64,000 bases of DNA from an uncultured Verrucomicrobiota bacterium (lineage in GTDB: Bacteria > Verrucomicrobiota > Verrucomicrobiia > Limisphaerales > UBA8199), in assembly GCA_964625855.1 (NCBI GenBank), contig CAZVFC010000046.1, forward strand, positions 854 to 64,853, given 5' to 3'. Below are positions 58,083 through 64,000 of this stretch, piece by piece; position 1 is the first letter of the stretch, and every line of letters begins with the position of its first letter. The position numbers were made by a program, and so were the translations under genes. The notes beneath the pieces were generated by a model. That model did not search any database. It had not been told where the DNA came from and saw only the letters and a list, made by a program, of their open reading frames with translations.

Positions 58083-61000
58083 CTACTTGTCGAAACTGAG
58101 CGGTGGGGCGGGGAGGTTGCGATAGGCTCCGACGATGGCCGGAAAATCCCAACGGCGGACTTCGTCAGGCCGGTAAACCACCTGCACACCTTTGGGCGCC
58201 TTGCGCACCGGACGCGAGTTGGGGAGGTGGAGCACAATGCGCTTGGCGGGCTGGCGGCGGGGCGGTTCGAGTTTGACCTCGACACCCCCTGCCGTGCCGC
58301 GAATTCTAACGCTCATCGGTCCGAAGTGGGTGGGCGCGTTTTCGACGTGGATTCCCCTGCCCTGCTCCAGCCACCAATCCGGTGCGCCCAGAAGCAAGTG
58401 CAGTTCATCCCCCCGCTCATGGACCAGCGCATGGCGAAGGAGGAAGGCGAAGTTGGCCGCACCAGTGGTGTGTGGAATCGTGTCGGCCCAGGCAAAGCGG
58501 CGTCCGAAGAAGATGCCCTCGGGGAAAGCATGGGTGGCGGTCGAGTGCAGCAAATACCAGTAGAACTCCTCGACGAACTGATCGTGCTCGCCGCGAATGA
58601 GTGAGGCCATCGTGGTGTACGAGGAGAGGTAGGGGTGGATTGCCGGCTCCTTGAAACCGGTCCAGCGGATGGCGCCCTCACGGAAGCCGCCCCCGTGCCG
58701 CTCGCGCACCTCGGCGAGCAGGGCCCCGACGCGCGCGTCGTCCGGGGCAAACAACTCGGTCGGCCAGAGCGTTTCGGTGTTGCCCCAGTGCGTGCCCACC
58801 TTTTCCCAGCTTGGCGGGAACCACGCCAAACCGGTCTTCTTCCAGGCGGCGTCAATGGCACGGCGGTAGTCGTCGGCCTCCTGTTGGAAATGCTGCGCGT
58901 CGGCCTGCTCGCCCAGCTCGCGCGCGGCATCGGCGACACAGAGCAGCCCGCGCAAGTTCCAGAAATCATAGCCAACAATGTGATGCTTGCCGTCCCAGAG
59001 GTACTCGCCGTCGGCGACGGCGTTGGGCAGGACGCCGGCGAAGGGGGAATCGGGCGGGACTTCGCGTCGGGCGCGCAAGGTCCACTCGGCGGCGCGGCGC
59101 ATCTGCGGGTAGGCTTGCTTGAGCCAGGAGCGGTCGGCGGTGATCTTATAGAACTGCCAGAGCGTCCAGACCGCCTGGCCGTTGGCGTCGAACTGCATCT
59201 TCTGCGTCTCGAACCGGCCATCGGGCCGTTGGGCGCGCAGGTAGGCGGCGATAGTATTGCGCGCGGCATCGAGCAAGCCGGCCTCTTCCAGTTCAAGAAC
59301 CTGGTAAGCGCCGTCGCGGATGTAGAACTCGTCATAGAACCCCTCGCCGCCGTGGAGCACGCCGCGGTCACTGGCCAGCATTTGGCAGACATGCGCCGCA
59401 CGGAGGGCCTGGGTGGACTTGTCACAAGGCACCTCGAAGCGGGCCGCTTTGGCCAGCAGGCTGCGCCAGTAACTCGCCGTGCGGTCCAGCCACAGCCTGG
59501 GGCTTTCCTTGTCGAATGCATTGGCGCTGGCAACTGGCTTGAACGGGATGCGGAAGCAGGTCTCCGTCCCCTGCCCTGGCGTCAGTGATGCGCTCCAGTC
59601 AGTTGGCGCTGGAGCGTTGGTCGCCAGCATGGCCCATTGTACGCGCGCTTCTGTTGGCGTGCGGCCGAGATTCGTTGCTTTCACGCGGACCCAGTTCAGG
59701 AAGTTGTCCCCCTCGGTTGGCCAGTCAAAGGCGGCGCCCCAGTCCTTCGCAGTCGGGAGCGGAGTTGCCCAGAGCGTGAAATCGTAGCGGACGCCGCCCG
59801 CTTCAGTGCTGAGCAGAACCACCGGAAGCCACCCGTCCAAAAGCGTCTTGGTTTGCCTCCGGCTGAGAGGGGTCAGGCTTGGTCCGCAGGCGAAGCGGAG
59901 CCTGGCTTTGTTCGCCAGCACCAACTCGTTCTCGGGCGTGATGCGCGTGCCGTCGTTGTAGTCCTTGAGCCCCATCACGCTCCAGGAGTTTTGGAAGTAA
60001 TCGAAGTCCTTCGCCGGCGACGGCGGCGGGGCGCTAACCGGCCTGGCGCCTTTGCCCCCCGAACCGGCCCCCAGCTCCAGCGCCTGGATGAACGCTTCGC
60101 CAGGTTCCGATGTATCGGCAGCCCCGCTGGCAGCGGCGGTGAAGCGGACTTCAATGACGCCGTTCACCGGCCCAATTTCATTGAAGACCAGATCAACCGC
60201 GCGGCCGGCTCCGCCAGCGGTGGCAGCGACATCGAGTCGCTCGACCACGCGCCGCCCATTGATGCGGATGTCGAAGCAATTGGTCCGGGTGTCGAGGCCG
60301 CGCGTGGCGGCGAACTTGAGACGCGCGTGGTAGCGCCCCGGGCCAACGGTGAGGTTCACCCAGAAGTCGCGGCCATGGACGCCATAGCGGTAAAGGTCAG
60401 GCTCAGACGTGCCGTGGATCGGTTCCGTAATGGGAGTGGTCCACCAGCATTCCGCTACCGAGTCCTTGCCCTCTCCGATGCGGGTGACCAGTTCGGTCGC
60501 CGGACGCCAGCCGTGACCGCGTGAGTCTCGGAGGTCTTCCCGCCCCGTATAGCCGAACACCATACGTTGCGTGTCCCGCGGCCCGGTGCCGGAGGGGAAG
60601 TTCGCCGCGCGGGTGGCCGCGGAGTATTGCACATCCTGAATGTGGACAGCCGTCCCGGTGGAATATGGGTTGGCGGTGCCGCGGGCTACGACTTGAAGAG
60701 TGTGTGTGCCTTGCGTCATGCCGTTGCGATAATACAGCACTTGGCGGGCGCGCGGTGCAGGATTCCAGCAGTCGAGGTGGACGAGCTGCTTCTCCTCATC
60801 GAGATAGATGTCCGCGAGACCACCGTCTGGCCCAACCGCGCCGATGAGCCGGACTTGGTTGCCTTTGAACATGGCGGTGAGTGCCGCCCCTTGAGCAGTC
60901 GCAGTCTGGATTCGGTTCCCACCAGACGATGGAGCGGCTTCCGCAGACCACTGTCCATCAAGCTTGAGCGCGCTGCCTGGAACGGCTTCCTGAGGATCGC

Positions 61001-62642
61001 CACCGGTAACCGCGACCCGGGTCGCACCGTCGTGGCGAACAGCGACAATAGCGTCCCCATTCGAAAGCCTCTTTACCGTGTAGCCATTGGCGTTGAGTTC
61101 CCCGCGGCGAGGCAGGCTTCGGCCATCGGCGAGAACTTCCTTAGGCGCGAAGGCCAGACGCAGCACATCAACGGTGTTGGCAGGGGCATCGTAGGTCGAG
61201 TATTCAATATTGCCTTTGCCATAAACGACGGAATTGACCACGGCACTCGAACGCATGAGATGGTTCTCGCGGTTGGCCCCGAGTTCCTCCGGGAGCCAGG
61301 CCATGGTCGCGAGAATCCACCGCAGCGGGAGCGGGTGCGCAATATTGAGCCAGTTACCGTTGACTATAATGCCGCCGTCAATGTTGTCCTCGCTGACCCC
61401 GGTTTCATGCACGTCGTAGGTCTGCAGGACCACCATGCGATAGGCCAGCTCACGGGCCCAAAGGTCCTGAGCCTGGACCGCATATTGGGCTACCGCCGGA
61501 GCGAGGCAGAACGGCGCGTACCAAAGCGAGCGCTGGCAACACCGGCTGGCCTCGGGGAAAGCCCAGGCACCGCTATAGACATCCCCGCGCGATTCCGCGG
61601 AGACGCTGCTGTGGTTGAGGAAAAGGGTGAGCACATTGCGGGCGTCGCAGCGCCAGTTACTAAACTCGTCGGGATGATCGAGCACATAGTGCATAGCGTC
61701 AGGCGTGGTGAGGCAATTCTGGACATCATTGACCCAGTCCCAGAAGTAGCGGCCCCAGGTGTCCTGCGCGGCCCAGGCCGGCAGGAGTCTGTCGCGCAGG
61801 TAGCGGCGACCGGCGTCACGCGCGACAACGATCCGATTCTGGTCGCCGTAATAGCCCAGTCGGATCAGGTCGTCGAGGAAGGCGAGGATCATGGTGACGC
61901 CACCTGTCTGTTTATTATCCTTCCACTTGACGGTTTCGGGGTTGGCATAGCGCGGCCAGGGGTCGGCGGCTGGATCGAGATTGCAGTGCGCGGCCAGCAA
62001 ATCGCCCCAGTGAGTGGCGGCCTGGAGCCAGCGGGAGTTGCCCGTGAGTTGATAGGCACGCAGAAGGCCCTGGCCGGTCGAGGCAACCAAGTCGAGCTGA
62101 ATCATGCCGCCCGGATCGCACTTGCCGTAAGCCTTGCCCTTAACCGGGACGCTGATGAAGATGCCCGGCCAGGGATGATCAGGGGGAGTGACGCAGTGGT
62201 CCACCAGGAAATCGGCCATGTAAGTAACCTGCGCGATGGCCGCCGGGTCTCCGGTGTAGCGATAGTAGTCCACAAACCCGTTGAGCGTGCTGGTGGCGCG
62301 CTGGCCGAGGTCGCCGTTCATCCAGTCGCCCGGGGCTTTGGGCGTAATGGTTCCATTGGATGAAATCTGCCACAGGCTGGTAAACAGGTAATCAGGCCAG
62401 GCAGCGATGGCCGTGTTGGTGGTAGTCCAGGGATAGCGCTTAAGGGTTTCGGCCGCGATGCGAACTCTCAGGTCACACTGGCCATTCAGCCCCTGATACC
62501 AGGGCGCGATGACCCCGTGCGCATCGTGGCGTGTTTCGTGGGCGTAGTAGCGAGGCTGGGTGACGGCGGCCAGCCCGGTGAGCGGGATGAGCACGAGCGC
62601 CAAGGCTGGCGCCAACTTCTGAGAGAATTTGCAGGCCGTCAT
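58083..62642 (-). CDS. Giant secreted multidomain glycoside-hydrolase-like protein, 1519 aa. It has a signal peptide, two (alpha/alpha)6-barrel-like regions and a central malectin-like carbohydrate-binding domain.
   Basis: The start is at MTACKFSQKLAPALALVLIPLTGLAAV. The ORF-track N-terminal 321 codons are antisense to the galU-like gene. The malectin-like segment is NCFDIRINGRRVVERLDVAATAGG...VIEVRF...AFIQALEL. The C-terminal region has six-hairpin glycosidase-like character. Confidence 0.65.
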   Translation of the reverse strand: MTACKFSQKLAPALALVLIPLTGLAAVTQPRYYAHETRHDAHGVIAPWYQGLNGQCDLRVRIAAETLKRYPWTTTNTAIAAWPDYLFTSLWQISSNGTITPKAPGDWMNGDLGQRATSTLNGFVDYYRYTGDPAAIAQVTYMADFLVDHCVTPPDHPWPGIFISVPVKGKAYGKCDPGGMIQLDLVASTGQGLLRAYQLTGNSRWLQAATHWGDLLAAHCNLDPAADPWPRYANPETVKWKDNKQTGGVTMILAFLDDLIRLGYYGDQNRIVVARDAGRRYLRDRLLPAWAAQDTWGRYFWDWVNDVQNCLTTPDAMHYVLDHPDEFSNWRCDARNVLTLFLNHSSVSAESRGDVYSGAWAFPEASRCCQRSLWYAPFCLAPAVAQYAVQAQDLWARELAYRMVVLQTYDVHETGVSEDNIDGGIIVNGNWLNIAHPLPLRWILATMAWLPEELGANRENHLMRSSAVVNSVVYGKGNIEYSTYDAPANTVDVLRLAFAPKEVLADGRSLPRRGELNANGYTVKRLSNGDAIVAVRHDGATRVAVTGGDPQEAVPGSALKLDGQWSAEAAPSSGGNRIQTATAQGAALTAMFKGNQVRLIGAVGPDGGLADIYLDEEKQLVHLDCWNPAPRARQVLYYRNGMTQGTHTLQVVARGTANPYSTGTAVHIQDVQYSAATRAANFPSGTGPRDTQRMVFGYTGREDLRDSRGHGWRPATELVTRIGEGKDSVAECWWTTPITEPIHGTSEPDLYRYGVHGRDFWVNLTVGPGRYHARLKFAATRGLDTRTNCFDIRINGRRVVERLDVAATAGGAGRAVDLVFNEIGPVNGVIEVRFTAAASGAADTSEPGEAFIQALELGAGSGGKGARPVSAPPPSPAKDFDYFQNSWSVMGLKDYNDGTRITPENELVLANKARLRFACGPSLTPLSRRQTKTLLDGWLPVVLLSTEAGGVRYDFTLWATPLPTAKDWGAAFDWPTEGDNFLNWVRVKATNLGRTPTEARVQWAMLATNAPAPTDWSASLTPGQGTETCFRIPFKPVASANAFDKESPRLWLDRTASYWRSLLAKAARFEVPCDKSTQALRAAHVCQMLASDRGVLHGGEGFYDEFYIRDGAYQVLELEEAGLLDAARNTIAAYLRAQRPDGRFETQKMQFDANGQAVWTLWQFYKITADRSWLKQAYPQMRRAAEWTLRARREVPPDSPFAGVLPNAVADGEYLWDGKHHIVGYDFWNLRGLLCVADAARELGEQADAQHFQQEADDYRRAIDAAWKKTGLAWFPPSWEKVGTHWGNTETLWPTELFAPDDARVGALLAEVRERHGGGFREGAIRWTGFKEPAIHPYLSSYTTMASLIRGEHDQFVEEFYWYLLHSTATHAFPEGIFFGRRFAWADTIPHTTGAANFAFLLRHALVHERGDELHLLLGAPDWWLEQGRGIHVENAPTHFGPMSVRIRGTAGGVEVKLEPPRRQPAKRIVLHLPNSRPVRKAPKGVQVVYRPDEVRRWDFPAIVGAYRNLPAPPLSFDK

Positions 62643-62708
62643 ATTCGTAAGCGCATGTGCATCGCCGCATAAACTGACTATCCCAAACCGTCCCGCAGTT
62701 GACTGTGG

Positions 62709-63623
62709 ATGGGCATTCTGCAACGCTCGCGGCGTCCTATACAACAACGAAAGCAGCAAGCCGTGGAAATCAAGAAAGCCATCATCACCGCCGCCGGCAA
62801 GAGCCAGCGGACCCTGCCTCTGCAAACCCTGGTGGATCGTGACGGCCTCACAAAGGCGGCGTTGCGAATCCTGATCGAGGAGATCCTCGCCGCTGGTATC
62901 GAGGAGATCTGCGTGGTGGTCTGTCCCGGCGACCAGGCCGCTTACGCCGCGGCCGCCGGCGGTCAGAATGCCCGGCTGCGGTTTGTCGAACAGACCACCA
63001 GCCGCGGCTACGGCCACGCCGTCTTCTGCGCACGGGATTTCGTCGGCACGGATGCGTTCCTGCTGTTGGTTGGAGACCATCTTTATGTCAGCGGCGGGCC
63101 AAAGCGCGCGGCGCAGCAACTCGTCGAAAGGGCCCGAGTGGAGAAGTGTGCTGTCTCCGCAGTCCACGCGACACATGAGAGTAAACTGCCGTATTATGGA
63201 GCGATCGGGGGCCGTTTGGTGGCCGGACAAAAGGGCCTGTATGAGATTGCCGAAGTCATCGAGAAGCCCACTCCGACCGAGGCGGAGCAGCGGCTGATCG
63301 TGCCCGGCCTGCGGGCGGGGCATTACCTGTGTTTCTTCGGCATGCACGCGCTGACGCCGGCGGTCATGGAATTGCTGGGAGACGAAGTGCAGCGCGCCGG
63401 TGAGCGCATCACTCATCTTACCACTGCCCTGGCGAAGCTGGCTAAACGTGAGCGTTACCTGGCCTGCGAACTGCAAGGGAGTCGCTACGACATCGGCGTG
63501 AAATACGGGCTGCTCATGGCCCAAGTGGCCCTGGCCCTCGACGGCAACGAACGCGATGAAGTGCTGAGCGGGTTGGTCGAGCTCCTGGCGCGGCGGACAA
63601 ACCAAGGGACCCGCAGTATATGA
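62709..63623 (+). CDS. UTP--glucose-1-phosphate uridylyltransferase-like sugar nucleotidyltransferase (GalU family). The real start may be the downstream GTG near 62766.
   Basis: [24 protein letters not shown] is the nucleotidyltransferase G-x-G-T-R-like loop. The length is about 300 aa. Confidence 0.65.
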   Translation: MGILQRSRRPIQQRKQQAVEIKKAIITAAGKSQRTLPLQTLVDRDGLTKAALRILIEEILAAGIEEICVVVCPGDQAAYAAAAGGQNARLRFVEQTTSRGYGHAVFCARDFVGTDAFLLLVGDHLYVSGGPKRAAQQLVERARVEKCAVSAVHATHESKLPYYGAIGGRLVAGQKGLYEIAEVIEKPTPTEAEQRLIVPGLRAGHYLCFFGMHALTPAVMELLGDEVQRAGERITHLTTALAKLAKRERYLACELQGSRYDIGVKYGLLMAQVALALDGNERDEVLSGLVELLARRTNQGTRSI

Positions 63624-63955
63624 CGAATTACGTCGAGTTGCCCTACAACAAGAAACTCAACTTGTTGCGGGCCCATAGTCTTGGTTGCGACTGGCCCGAT
63701 CTCGATCAGGAGCACTGGTGTTTGCACTGCCGGAAGAAGTTCAACGGCCATTCCACGCGAGTGTGGCAGGATCGGAACGGTTCCTTGTGGTTGGAATGTG
63801 GCACCCCGGGCTGCGACGGATCGCCCATTGATTGGGCCCCTTATCCCTGGTGGAATCCGAAACACCCCGCGACGAAGGAACAATTGAAGAAGTCCAAGAA
63901 GCCGAAGCGTAAGCGGCCCCCGGAAGACGATTTCCCGGACGACGTTCCTTTCTGA
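63620..63955 (+). CDS. Small Cys-rich hypothetical protein (111 aa, putative zinc ribbon). It is translationally coupled (ATGA) to the galU-like gene.
   Basis: It has 6 Cys in CDW...WCLHC...ECGTPGC spacing and a basic Lys-rich C-terminus. I found no recognisable family. Confidence 0.4.
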   Translation: MTNYVELPYNKKLNLLRAHSLGCDWPDLDQEHWCLHCRKKFNGHSTRVWQDRNGSLWLECGTPGCDGSPIDWAPYPWWNPKHPATKEQLKKSKKPKRKRPPEDDFPDDVPF

Positions 63956-64000
63956 CGCCCCGACCATTATGCCGGACCTAATCAGCATCATCACCGCGAC

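Noticed and set aside
62643-63605. The N-terminal 321 codons of ORF-track ORF 58083-63605.
   Set aside because: They are antisense to the galU-like gene on the plus strand. A clean signal-peptide start (MTACKFSQ...) exists at 62642, with a 66-bp divergent gap to the galU-like gene.
1-64000. A sigma-54 (TGGCAC-N5-TTGC) promoter scan and searches for rRNA, tmRNA, RNase P RNA and riboswitches.
   Set aside because: I found no convincing -24/-12 elements or conserved ncRNA cores (GGAAAGTCCGGGC, tmRNA tag, riboswitch cores) by eye. These cannot be excluded without Infernal or Rfam.
63970-64000. A possible plus-strand ORF start (ATG at 63970) running off the right edge.
   Set aside because: Only about 10 codons are visible, with no basis for a call.

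Overview
This is a 64-kb chromosomal segment with high GC (roughly 60-65%). Two DUF1559 / H-X9-DG prepilin-type proteins, a PATR (autotransporter-associated beta-strand repeat) giant protein, a DUF1566 protein and many secreted glycosidase-like proteins point to a PVC-superphylum organism, most likely Verrucomicrobia-like. Most of the window is housekeeping. The minus strand carries the 5' end of pyrD, maf, folK-dapB, dapA-dapF, fhs, a pyruvate dehydrogenase operon (aceE ... E2-lpdA) and a BMP-type nucleoside ABC operon. The plus strand carries an AsmA-like protein, an M20 peptidase, a NupG-like permease, rpoN, ispH, a diverged lipoate-ligase-like gene and a galU-like gene. A sugar-acid catabolic cluster lies at 22.4-26.3 kb. 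There are two tRNA-Pro genes (anticodons TGG and GGG) and no rRNA, CRISPR array, transposase or integrase. The accessory or unusual pockets are listed next. (1) A tRNA-Pro(GGG)-adjacent stretch at 40.5-45.0 kb holds an AbiEii-like nucleotidyltransferase toxin with a small partner, a DUF1566 protein, a 50-bp perfect GC-rich palindrome inside a gene-less 720 bp, a low-GC LamG gene and a 38-aa tandem-repeat protein. (2) The PDH operon is interrupted between E1 and E2 by an SDR and mannonate dehydratase (uxuB/uxuA-like) pair. (3) A five-gene minus-strand operon links NfeD and flotillin to a PLDc_N mini-protein, a beta-carbonic anhydrase with a Pro-rich tail and an anchored hypothetical protein. 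(4) A 360-bp intra-operon spacer in the ABC operon is full of GTACACCGGA palindromic repeats and TTCGGA heptamer repeats. The same heptamer recurs at the dapB/folK junction. (5) A roughly 950-bp gene-less stretch at 11.45-12.4 kb is a candidate non-coding RNA or regulatory region. (6) A 1519-aa secreted multidomain glycosidase-like protein carries a malectin-like domain. Many ORF-track entries are antisense shadow ORFs typical of high-GC DNA and were rejected. Several real genes start downstream of the ORF-track start, including fhs, dapA, dapF, rpoN, lpdA, the ABC genes, the giant protein, and the antitoxin beside tRNA-Pro(GGG).
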